DNA from: Chara braunii
Taxonomy: Eukaryota > Plantae > Charophyceae
DNA: 64,000 nt
Reading direction: 5' to 3'
Assembly (NCBI GenBank): GCA_003427395.1
Contig: BFEA01000021.1
Location: 2,036,047 to 2,100,046 of the forward strand
This document shows, piece after piece, positions 12,375-23,689 of this stretch (positions are counted from its first letter, which is position 1; each line of letters begins with the position of its first letter). Made by a program: the position numbers and the translations under genes. The notes under the pieces are model-generated. The model made no database searches and was not told the DNA's origin. It saw only the letters and a list, made by a program, of their open reading frames with translations.

Positions 12375-13445
12375 GAAGAAGAGAGAAAACAGGAAGCAGG
12401 AAGCAGGAAGCAGGCGGGCAACGGCAAGCCGTCCGGGCGGGCCGGATGGCCGCAAACCAGGCCTCCCGTCATTCCCCGCAGGCCACAAAACGGCACTGTG
12501 TTTCTCCCTCGTGCCCCGCGGGCGGCCCCGATGGATGGCCGCAAACCAGGCCTCCCGTCTTTCCCCGCCTGCCACGAACCGGCACTCGGCTTTCGGCTTT
12601 TCCCTCGTGCCCTGCACGGGTTCATGGGCCCGATGGTCGCTGGGCCCAATGGTCGCTGCAAGTTCGTGCCCCTCGTAATTGTATAACAATTAAGTTGAAT
12701 TAACTCTCACAGCAATAATAGCATGCTCATTTCGTCCAACTTCACAATAGCAGATGTGCCACATTGATAACACAAAGGAGAATGCCACAACACAGAGAGA
12801 ATACAAAGAGAGGAGGAGAGGGAGAGAAGAAGAATCGAGAAGCCAACGCAGTAATTCTCCCGAACGCGACGACCCTTGATGGGTAAAAGTATTGGCGTCA
12901 ACGCATCACCCATCTCTCCACCAGTTCCGTGCCAAGTTGGTTGACAGTTTCCTGACAAAGTCAGTTCCCTGCCTACCGTAGACATCTACTCATCAACCAG
13001 TGACGATAGCGCGACTTGGGCCCGTCACTCAGGGTCCCTAACCTGAAGACCGGGTCTCGCGCAGGCATCCGGCTTTTTCCTTTAGTAGTATGGAGATTGG
13101 GATGTAGAAAGATAGATGTAGATGTAGATGTAGTTGTAGATGTAGATGTAATTTTGAACTGTGTACCAGCCAAGAGGGGCGGTGTGTGTGTTTTGTCCTT
13201 CGCTGTGTGGAAGCCATGGAATGTGGCCTAGCGTATTCTCAGACGGTACAATAGTAGGACATTGTCGCCGCAATGGACTGTCGCAGCACCAGTTTCAATG
13301 CGGCATTCATTATTGTGTCATGATATCGTTCTTGTGCCCAACTCGCATGTTGAGCTGTGGGACTGAAGAGGACCATGCCTACGTGGGCTTGGGCTGGAAG
13401 GAATTGGAGAAACGGGGACGTGAGTTCGGATCCAGAGTGCTGGTT

Positions 13446-13529
<84 letters not shown>

Positions 13530-14507
13530 AAAAAGAGTTCGAAATTCGAATCTTGAGTGCTGGCTTAACAATTGGCTAGCTTGATTGAAAATTAAGACGA
13601 TGTAGATTTCAAGGGCCGTGCCAGGGAAAGGACTGGTTGTGGGAATGTGTAGGACTATCATTGCTTCTTGCGTACGTAGGGAGGCGCAGACCTTCCGTTG
13701 TGCGCTTGACCTTCTGTTTGAATGGCACTGTTGTACTCCCCCCTCCTTTTTTTTTTCAGTGGCATTAATGACAAACAACCTCTTCTGATCCACCACCTGT
13801 CATCTATGAAAATGGGAGTGGCGAACTTATGCACCCACTTTCTCCTGCAAGATACATAAATGATTGGCCATTTTCTGACAGATTTGGCGAGTAGTGGAGA
13901 AAGCCCCAAGCAGAACCTACCATTGAACTGTTCAAAAACTTCAATTTGAAATTTAATGCGGACGTGAGTTCCATGTTTGTATGTAGATGCTTGGCTGAGT
14001 AGCTAGTTTATGGCATGTCTTCGTATGTCAGATGCAGACTCTGGATTTGACAACTGCTATTAGTCTGAGATCAGTTCGTGTTTTATTTAAACTTCAGTAG
14101 GAGAAGTATACCATAACCTTTACAGACGAAATGACAACTTGTCTTTCCTCAAAGATTGAGTTTGTCTGTGATCAGAGTTGAAAGTGGAGTGTCAGACTTT
14201 GACTGTACATATGTGTGTGTGTTATATATGCGTTGTGTAGCTTCTGCGACCGCGTCACAGCATGTTGTGCTGAAGAGTGCGCTTATAAACAACACCGGGA
14301 AAGAGCCCGCAGCCAGGGATGCCCATAGAAAAGAATGCTTGTAAAGCCCAGCTTTCAATAGTCATAAACTGAAAAACGAACCGACCAGCGGTGAGAAAAG
14401 TACAACAAGACAAACAAAATGGCAAGGCTGAGGTCAGAACACGACACGGTACTTGGATGACACACCGCAACAGAGAACAAAGGGTGGAGGGCAAGGGGGA
14501 GGCGGGC

Positions 14508-14921
14508 NNNNNNNNNNNNNNNNNNNNNNNNNNNNNNNNNNNNNNNNNNNNNNNNNNNNNNNNNNNNNNNNNNNNNNNNNNNNNNNNNNNNNNNNNNNNN
14601 NNNNNNNNNNNNNNNNNNNNNNNNNNNNNNNNNNNNNNNNNNNNNNNNNNNNNNNNNNNNNNNNNNNNNNNNNNNNNNNNNNNNNNNNNNNNNNNNNNNN
14701 NNNNNNNNNNNNNNNNNNNNNNNNNNNNNNNNNNNNNNNNNNNNNNNNNNNNNNNNNNNNNNNNNNNNNNNNNNNNNNNNNNNNNNNNNNNNNNNNNNNN
14801 NNNNNNNNNNNNNNNNNNNNNNNNNNNNNNNNNNNNNNNNNNNNNNNNNNNNNNNNNNNNNNNNNNNNNNNNNNNNNNNNNNNNNNNNNNNNNNNNNNNN
14901 NNNNNNNNNNNNNNNNNNNNN
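14508..14921. other. Assembly gap
   Basis: N run; others at 45075-45252 and 62437-62997. Confidence 0.99.
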
Positions 14922-15066
14922 NCATAAGAGTGCAGTAGGCACTCCAAACGAGGAACCACCGACTGTTTGGCACTACTTAAGGGTGCTCAGTTGGACACAC
15001 AAAACATACTTAGAAAAAGTCAGGGGGAGGACAGACAACAGAAGAAAGGCCAACAAACATAAAACT

Positions 15067-15118
<52 letters not shown>

Positions 15119-15461
15119 TCAGGAGTGATGAGCAATGGCCCCTAGGGCCCCCTAACCCCTATATGTATAAAGAAGAAATTTAAAAAAAATAAAAAAATAA
15201 AAATCTTCGGGCTCGGTCTATTTTGGGCCACGTTCGAGCTCGGTACCAAACATTCGGGTTCGGTCACCAAGCCCGAGCGCGATGCTACGCAGCTCTGCAC
15301 CATTGTTTCGACCTGAACAACTAATGCGAATTCCTTTCACATAATTGCATTTTTCAATTTGTTGGAAAACAGATCTACAGATTTGACGAAATGATGTTTG
15401 TTTTCTTCAATTTATTGTATATTTCTTGTGCAATCAAAGAAGCACTTTGATAAACAGAAGC

Positions 15462-15551
<90 letters not shown>

Positions 15552-15987
15552 CGACCGTTCGACTGCATTCACCCTGCCTCCAAAAGAGGAACTACCTGCA
15601 TCAGCGTACCTCCAGTCTTCCCTCTCCGCGCTCTACAACGACCTCCCCTATGACCGGTCTTAGGGACAACTACGACAGGACCCTTTTTTTGCTATCGGAA
15701 AGTTTAACCCCAAACAAACCCGTCCCGGACTCGCTGTACCGCACAACCTTACCTCAGGCAGAAATCACACGAAACGACGAAAATGCAACCCGCACAAGCG
15801 CAGCCTCCTGGTTGTGAACTTTCTCCGCCGGCCGCTAGTAGATGGCCCCAGCCTTGTGGAGAAATTGTTCCCCTAAAAATTCGGGGCTCGGAGCAAGACC
15901 CGGTAGAGCGACCGCCGACCATACATGGGGGTGTACTTGCCTTCGGCACCTGTGCAATGAAATTTGGGAGAAAAAAAAATCTCTGTG

Positions 15988-16091
15988 CCATGCTTTGCAG
16001 CAGTGCAATACAGAGGCAAAGCGGGAGGGGTCGAGTATGCAAGCCTACCTTCTGACCCCTCCGTGCCCCAGAAAAATTAATTTCATATCAG
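15988..16091 (-). pseudogene. U2: U2 snRNA pseudogene, 3' piece (Sm site, stem-loops III and IV)
   Basis: Minus strand GATATGAAATTAATTTTTCTGG (Sm site), GGAGGGGTC..GCTTGC..GACCCCTCC hairpin, loop IV TATTGCACTGC. Confidence 0.85.
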
Positions 16092-16908
16092 GGGCCTGAC
16101 CCATAATTAGCGAAGTAACCACTCCGTTCAGGATTTCGATCACGTGTGGCCTCAAGTGACGCAGTATGGCCGTCGAATACATCGACGACCTGGTAGTTTC
16201 CGAGCGGGGATCGTAAAGATGCCCACCTCCGTGCGTCGAAAAACAAAGAAAAAGTCTGAAAAACAAATTTGGACATGATAGCTCGTGGCTTTGCGTGGGC
16301 GGGAAGTCTGGATTTTATGGACTCGAAAGGGTGGGGTTGATTTCCAGACTTCGTTTTTTTTTTTTTTTTTGCCTCTGAGAAATCGAACTTCAAATGTGAC
16401 ATTCAAAGATTGTGGTGGATCTGACAGGAACGTCTCCGCGTCTGTCGGAAGGCCTGTTAGAGGCATCATGAGATACATGGTGATGAATGTATTCCCATAC
16501 CCGTTACTTGTTCATCATCGTGGCTGTGTTCGTGGACACATTCTATTGCCACGGTACATCACTATGAAGACTTCCGTGAAGGAGATCTATCAAACCTTAA
16601 ATTCCAATGCACAGCTGTTCTTCTTTGTTTTATGTGCCATTTCAATTCATTTTAAATCAGAAAATGATCCATTCATGCAAATAAAAAATCACTTTGTCTT
16701 TCTAAAAATCCATAAAATTGCGTCACACATGGTAGACGGATTGCGTTTGGTCCTGTTTCCGCAGCTGGTTGAGGGGTTGCGTTTGGTTCTGTTTCTACAG
16801 CCTGGACTTGCACCCGGCCGGAATGGCAGGGAGCAAATCTGGCGCTGTGAATGTTTTGTAAGGGACACCGGGCCCATTTCCTGGTAAAGTTTAAATGGAA
16901 ACTATTCA

Positions 16909-16942
<34 letters not shown>

Positions 16943-16962
16943 TTGCTAGTGGGTCCAGGCCC
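16092..16962. mobile_element. Non-autonomous Harbinger-type element inserted in U2
   Basis: TIRs GGGCCTGACCCA..TAGCGAAG / CTTTGCTAGTGGGTCCAGGCCC (family 1-like); CAG TSD at 16089-16091 and 16963-16965; removing it restores contiguous U2. Confidence 0.7.
16696..16940 (+). mobile_element. Short poly(A)-tailed LINE 3'-end fragment (left boundary uncertain)
   Basis: LINE-tail motif GGGACACCGGGCCCATTTCCTGGT at 16862; A-tail 16912-16940; possible TSD ACTTTG. Confidence 0.55.
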
Positions 16963-16987
16963 CAGGTGGCCTGATAGACCACAAATC
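16963..16987 (-). pseudogene. U2: U2 snRNA pseudogene, middle piece (stem-loop IIb)
   Basis: Minus strand GATTTGTGGTCTATCAGGCCACCTG; hairpin GTGGTCT/AGGCCAC resembles plant U2 GATATGTGGGCCATCGGCCCAC. Confidence 0.7.
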
Positions 16988-17005
16988 TGCAATGAACCCA
17001 GATCG

Positions 17006-17994
17006 TGAGACAGTTGTCAAGAATGCAAGCCCAGATAAATGTCCATCGGCTGATGATTACTAATAGTCCAAATCGTAACCAGACAGAATGAGGTGAGGCA
17101 ATCATACACAGACGAAGAGAGAGGAGGGAGAAGAGACAAAGGAGAGGAAGTACAATGCCCACTCCTGCTTCGGGCTCCCTCCTCTACTACCACCTCAACA
17201 ATCAATAGTCTGAACGAGTATCCGAGTATCCTCAATGTGCCACGTGGCACGTCTAATCAGTTCCACATCAGCATCTGGAGCAATGTCGACATGAAGACCA
17301 CCAGGTACGTATCCTCGAACTCTCCACAGTCCTGATCTCCTCCTGAAGTGACGACGAAACAGAACAGCAATGCCGATTATGTAGTCCCAGCCATAGAACA
17401 CGTGGTCAGCAGCCACGTCAGCCAATGATACACGTGGCAGCAGCCACGTCAGCGATAGCGCACGGCAGCTGCCACATCAGCATGCCAAGAAGACAGGAGC
17501 CACCATGCCAGACAAGCAGCACCTCGCCAAGTCACAATGCCAGCGTCGCAGCGTCGAGCCAGCGTTGAAGTCAACGCGTGAAGTCAGCATCAACGCAAGA
17601 CAGAATGAATGTCAAAGTCAGGGAGTCAGCTCTTATGTAGTGTTTCACGCGGGGTCTAGTCCCCGAATGCTGTATCTCTCAGCCGTTCAGATCTCAATGC
17701 AAATGAGGGCCCGGATTGGCCTGAAACCAAATTCCCTCCGCCCTAGATGCTGTCTGGGTACCTGCGCACAACAAGTGAGTGTATCCAACCAAGGGCCTGG
17801 GTGCGGTACCTTTGACTCTACAGTTGACTTTGACTCTTGAATTTCCTGTATGCAGCGTTCGGTCACACAGCCACACTCGACAGACTCAGGCCTGGGCGTG
17901 CCTTGGTCACACAGCCCAGCGCAAATCAACTTAGATCTGCGTTTCCTGGGGCTGAGTTCTGAGTCCCAGGCTACTTCTCAACAAGGTTATTACA
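17006..17994 (-). repeat. 3' LTR (989 bp)
   Basis: Minus strand starts TGTAATAAC and ends TCTCA; 17511-17994 aligns to 32878-33361. Confidence 0.92.
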
Positions 17995-18012
17995 TTCCTG
18001 CCGGCCCATTTT
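17995..18012 (-). promoter_or_regulatory. Polypurine-tract position
   Basis: AAAATGGGCCGGCAGGAA immediately before the 3' LTR. Confidence 0.6.
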
Positions 18013-18033
18013 CGAGTTCCACCGCAGAAATAT

Positions 18034-18417
18034 TTAAGACTTTAACCCTCGTTCATAAGCAGCAACAATATCAGGAGCAGTTTCAAGTAGTTCACGTTTA
18101 CTAAACCATCTGTCCTCAGATGGTGCTTGAGTTTTGAAACGTACCTTGAACTGCTTCTGAGGTTGTCTACATCCTCCCATAGAGAAGTAGCCATGCTCTA
18201 TGATCCGGTCAACCTCGTATCCGCCATCCATGTCTGGTGGAATCATAGAGGGTTTGTGTAGAAACTCATTTCCTTCTACGTAAGGCAACAATTTGGACGC
18301 ATGAAAGACAGGATATGTTTTGAGGTGAGGGGGAATATCAACTCGATGAGACGGTCCCTCTGCATCTCCAATTACCTTGAGAACTTCCCAGAGTCCAAAA
18401 TACTAAAAAACATAGAC
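18034..18417 (-). pseudogene. Integrase C-terminus: GPY/F module and chromodomain
   Basis: YFGLWEVLKVIG..HLKTYPVFHAS..YEVDRIIEH..FKVRF..SEDRW..ELLETAPDIVAAYE. Confidence 0.9.
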
Positions 18418-19816
18418 AGGTAGCACCCCCCCCCAGTGGATTTGCGCTTAGCGCATGCGCACCGAAGCCAAAGCGCTTGAAAGAGTCCATGTCACAGGCT
18501 GACGAGGAGCCACGTCAGATCCTTAGGAACTTGATTGTGGAGGTCATTCTCCACGTCCTGCTTCTTTGGATTTTGCATCTTTCCTCCATTGCCATCGTAC
18601 TTTGAGTACGGAAGAAGGCCTTGCAATGTGAACATTGTTCATCATTGATGGAGTAAGCGGAGAAAGCCCTGGTAGAAGGAAAGTCTGTGTTATTGCTGTC
18701 AATTCAAGTCTGTTTTAGTCGCACAAAAGGCTTATCCTCACGGAGAATTGAAGTCAAAGTTTCAAGTCAACTACGTATTAGCAACTCATCGTAGTCTGCG
18801 GCTGTTACTCTCCTTCCTTTGACCACTGCCTTATGTTATCCGACGAGTGATCGATGAGAATTGATCCCCCTATGGGTCATACTGTGTACGGGTTCAACTG
18901 TATGTAAAGCATATTTAACCATCACTATAGGCTGTGGGGTGAGGATACATGCAAGGATAGTGCAATTAAACGACAGACTACCATGTCCCTGAACTAGAAT
19001 GATAGACGGAGTACATTCCTATAACTGGAATTGGATGAAGTAAGAGAGTAATCATCGCACGTTTACAGTTTGAAGGTTAGAATCTCACTCTGTCTATCAA
19101 AGTTGACGGACATAGGCATTACCACATTGGGGAGGTTGTCTAAAAAAGAAGGAGGTAGGACGGTGATAGTCAAGAGGACGTGAAGATAAAAAAAATCAAC
19201 ATCTTGGTTGGTTACGACTAGAGGAAGTGGAATCGACATCACGTGGGGCAAAATTATATCTCAAGACGGGTTAATGACATTCGGGAAGTGGAACATCAAT
19301 CCTCCTCTGGTACGTACCTCTCTCCGTTTACCCTCTCCCAACCTTGTATCCCTGCTCTATCCATGAGCACCAAGTCAGTCAAAAAGAACCAATAAGGATT
19401 CATTGAGTTGAAACGCAATTGATTGAACCTTCCTCCACCTCATTCATAATAATTTATTAATAATTATTAATAATTACTAATAATTTATTGTTTTTTGAAC
19501 TTTTTCTCTCCCTTTCTTCTCTCTCATTTCCATCTTTTACACTGACCGAAGAAGGAAAAGGGGGCTGTATGATTAGGGTGTAGGAACGCAGAAGCATATT
19601 GGTTGGCTGATATAGGAAGAAGGTGAAATTCATCGTAGTATCACATACGTAAAATAACGTGGTACAAATGTGCGTCAACAGTGAAGAAGTACTAAGAATT
19701 GTTGGTGATCTTTCCATCTCCTGGCTAATTGCACCACAACCTCCCCTTTTCTCACAATGAATTTGGGATTTAGGCGTGCGAAAGGACCTGGGTCATTGTT
19801 TTTTTACTGAGGGGCC

Positions 19817-22800
19817 ATGAGACATGTCATGATGAAACAGATAGGTCCAACCCCATATGCTCGCCCTGCATCGACGACCACCAACCGTTCCCTAGGAGGA
19901 CTTTCAGGGAAACAGCCGTGGGCAGGCAAAACCTGCATTCCGCATCACGTCAAAACAGCGAATGTTGTGGCTCTGTTAGGGGGACAAATGAATGAGCAAC
20001 GTCTGTCCAAACACTTATCCATCACGAGCACCGAAGAATTCCCTGCTCTTAGTATATCACAAATCGCTTCCCCTGATGGCAATCATCCTGGTGATGACGT
20101 GGTGGTACCAAAGAGCATAATAAATGACACGTATATGGTGGACGACGATGATAACTCATCAGGGGCAGGAGAAGAGGACGATGAGATCCTTGCAGAGGAG
20201 GAACGGATGCTGGAGCGGGTTCATGAGATTCTGACAGAGGACGAACAAATGCACGAGCAGATCCAGGATAGCACCCAACCCTCATCATCAGTCAACAGTC
20301 AGAATCGGAATAGGCAGAACAGGCAGGAGAGCACTTCCCAAGGAGCCAACCAACCTTCGTGGGCTCAGAAGGTGAGGGAAACCATACAAAACAGAACGCT
20401 AGACATCCATCGTCTCTCAGTTAATCCCTCAGGACCTCATGATGAAAAGTTGAAAGTGCCAATGACAAATCTGTCATCCGCAAGAGCACATGTCCTCTCG
20501 CTTTTTCTTCTACCGTCGGAGCAGCTGGTGATAGATCAAGGGGGACAAAAAACTTTAATGAAATCATATCCAATTGATAAACTAATACAACTTGATATAA
20601 TATATACTAAGCATGCTAGTAATTGGATATTTTACGATGATGCAGCTCACAGATCTGTCAACGACAAAATCAAATTCATCTGCAAAAAATTGGAGTCGTT
20701 GAAGGATGGTGCAGAGGGGGTAACTGAGTTTTTTTTAATTCAACGAGTCACTCCCACAGTGTTTACTATCCTTAGACTGTTTGATAAGGATAAAGTACGA
20801 ATTGATTCGTGGAATAAATTGTTTTGGGATAGATCTGAAGTCCGAATTTACCCCTGGTTGCCAAAGAAAGTAGGACCAGAGGAAAAAAGGGAGCAGATGA
20901 TGAGAGACTTCTATTGGGTAGAATTCAAACATATCTCAATAGAGATCCAGGCGACATTCATTTATGATTTTGACCAACAGTATAAGATTGTGGATTTTAT
21001 TAATCCATTACCTTCGTATGTAGCGAAAAGAGATGATTACTTAATGCTAGCGCTGGATCTCCCCAAGGAACAATTATTCTCAATTGATGATATCATCCCA
21101 TTCAAGATGGGAGGGAGAGTGCATCAGATTCACACGGCCCATAAATTCAGGCCGTGGTGTTTTAAGTGCAAGTCGTATGGTCACCTCCATACGGACTATG
21201 CATGCTCCCTCCATCCCCAACGTGCTGTTCCCCCGGAGAAACGCCTTAAGAGAGATCCCAAAAGACCTAATAAATGGGTTCCAGCGGTACCAGGTCACGA
21301 AGGGTGGGTTTTCCATGCAGATACTAATCAGGCAGGCCAACCTGCAGGGTGGATATGGGAAGGGAGGAGTGATTTTCACAAATCTCCCCGTCCCCCGCAT
21401 GATTGGCTCCCTCCCCCAACACAGTCTGTTCATGATGAAAAAGCCTCAGTCTCTGATCCCAAAGGCACAAAGTCACAAACCTCGTGGGCCAAAAAGAAGG
21501 TTTCTCACGATCCCAAGGAAGTTGGTACACAGGAGTTGGACAATTCATCAGGTGGAAATTCAGTGGGAGATAGTAAGGCTCACAAAACCAAGGACCAGGC
21601 CTCCACCTCTAGGAATGGATCAGATCGCTCGTTGGGATCAAGAGCAGCTGATTATATTCAAAAAGATGTCACTAAATGGAGGGAAGTGAAAAAGAAGGAC
21701 ATTGCTCAGAAATGCGCCACTATGGATGAGGTAAATAAGAAGGAAGTTGAGGTAAACAGACGAAGAGAACAGATAAGTGCGTCTGTAGATCCTCATTTGG
21801 ACTATGTCCCAATGGAAATTAACCCACTCAGCGTGACATTTGGAAGTGATTTAATGGACATTGAAGCTATCCAGCCTTGCGTTCCCCCGCCATCAGTTAT
21901 CCAGAATGACACACCCAACTCATATTTTGTAGTAGACATTAAAACCAAGGTCCTGCCCATTGCTGATTGGTTGTTGTACAACCTTAAATCACAACACCCT
22001 TGATTGGACACATCTCACTGCCCACATGTCTTGGATAGCTTACTTACAATGTTGGAAAGCAGCAGAAGTTTGGTCACTTTCCTGAAACAGGATCCTCCGC
22101 ACGAAGTGTCATGGGATGATATTTGTGCTAAGTTACTAACGATTGTCTCTACTAGGTTTAATTGCGAGAGTATCCATGACACTAACCTTTTGCTAGATCT
22201 CAGGCACAATACTCAATCGCTCATGATCACGGTAGAGGACAGGGATAGAAAGCAACAGCGAAGTATGGAAGGAGGGAGAGTACTGCAAAATAACTCACAA
22301 AATCACTCACACTCACACAACCACAACACTCACCAGGAAATCTCTTCCACTTCCCAGACAGCGGTTGTACCAGACTGCGATGACAAGACAGTGACAGTTG
22401 AGCATCCTGAGCCACTTATAGTGACCAATGAGATGTTAGATGATCAATCTATCTTATCGTCTTCTGGGAGTCAGGTTACCATCGAAATCTCGCTTCTCAA
22501 ACCACTCATGAGACACAACAGACCCAGTTTCCTCTGCATGTTTCCGAAAAAAACGACCAGTCTAACTTTCAAATAATTATTTCTGGAATAACACGGCAAA
22601 AAAAGTATTTACAGATTTAAGCTGTGAAATCTGTTGATGCTTGCAGGCATAGCCAAGGTTTAATTGAATGGGACCCCGGGTCTGGAGATACTCAGAAAGA
22701 TCAATCTGCTGAAACAATTAACATTGGTCAATCTACTGTATTGAATGACAGGGACGAGGCCTCTGGATCAGAAGAAGGGACCAAAGACAGTGCCCTCAGG

Positions 22801-23564
22801 GCTCTCAGTTTGCTAAGCTCGCTTCTACCTCCCACAGCGTAGATGGTGCTACTACTACTCTGATCTCTACGTCTGCCAAGCCTCATAAGGAGAATGTTTG
22901 ATCCCAGGTAGTGGATCTCACAGAGGACCTCCCCAATTTCTCCTCACAGGAAGTAAACCCAAAGGGAGAAAATGGTGAAACACCCTTAATTATGTCCCAG
23001 CCTTCGACAGTAACAGCAAACACAGAGCTCATAACGAAAAGACAAAAATTGAAGCATAGACTGGCGAAAGGTCAAGATTGCTTATCCTCGGTAAATGTGG
23101 GCATTGTTTTTGTGTCAGTCAGGTGCAAGGAAGGTGTGTGGGAGGTAGGTCTATCAATTCAAAAAAATGTTGTATATGGGGAAGTTACAGTCCTAGGCAC
23201 TTCCTTTCCACCCCTCTCGCTATCCACGAAGGATGGGCAGCCCGCAACAGATCACCTAATCCGGAATGAAATCAACAGATATATCACAGACAACTTCCCG
23301 CAAGGAAATACAGCGATCCTCTTTCTAACTGATGGGGAAAAAAGACTAGCAGAATGGGATGTGTATGTGAAATTTGATGTAGGTAAACAAGTTGAGCTCG
23401 GGTGGTTTAATCATGATCTGCTTAATGAACTACAATTCATGAAGGTGAAAGCGAGCAGTTTCTGGTCGGAGACCGATGTTAGTACACTCCTGGTTCGCCT
23501 CCTTGGACATCGCAGTCTAATACCAGGTGCCCTGTTGGATCTGGGCCCTTGGATGAACTGTTGA
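19817..23564 (+). pseudogene. LINE A extended ORF1 (zinc knuckle, Trp motif, helical domain, Nudix-like C-terminus); open 19817-22003, then stops/frameshift
   Basis: CFKCKSYGHLHTDYAC knuckle; in-frame continuation after the TGA at 22001; downstream blocks homologous to LINE C. Confidence 0.8.
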
Positions 23565-23689
23565 ACCCTCCCATTTTCAGTATATTCCACTCGAACTTTT
23601 TTGTGATTGATATTAACAATGGCATCTTTCAGGATGGATAGGTTCCAGGTGATTGATAGCCTGTATAATAAACTTGGAAATACATTAAA

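Noticed and set aside
13-15817. Many short ORFs rich in F, K, ER/SL or CV/TH
   Set aside because: Translations of homopolymers, microsatellites and N gaps
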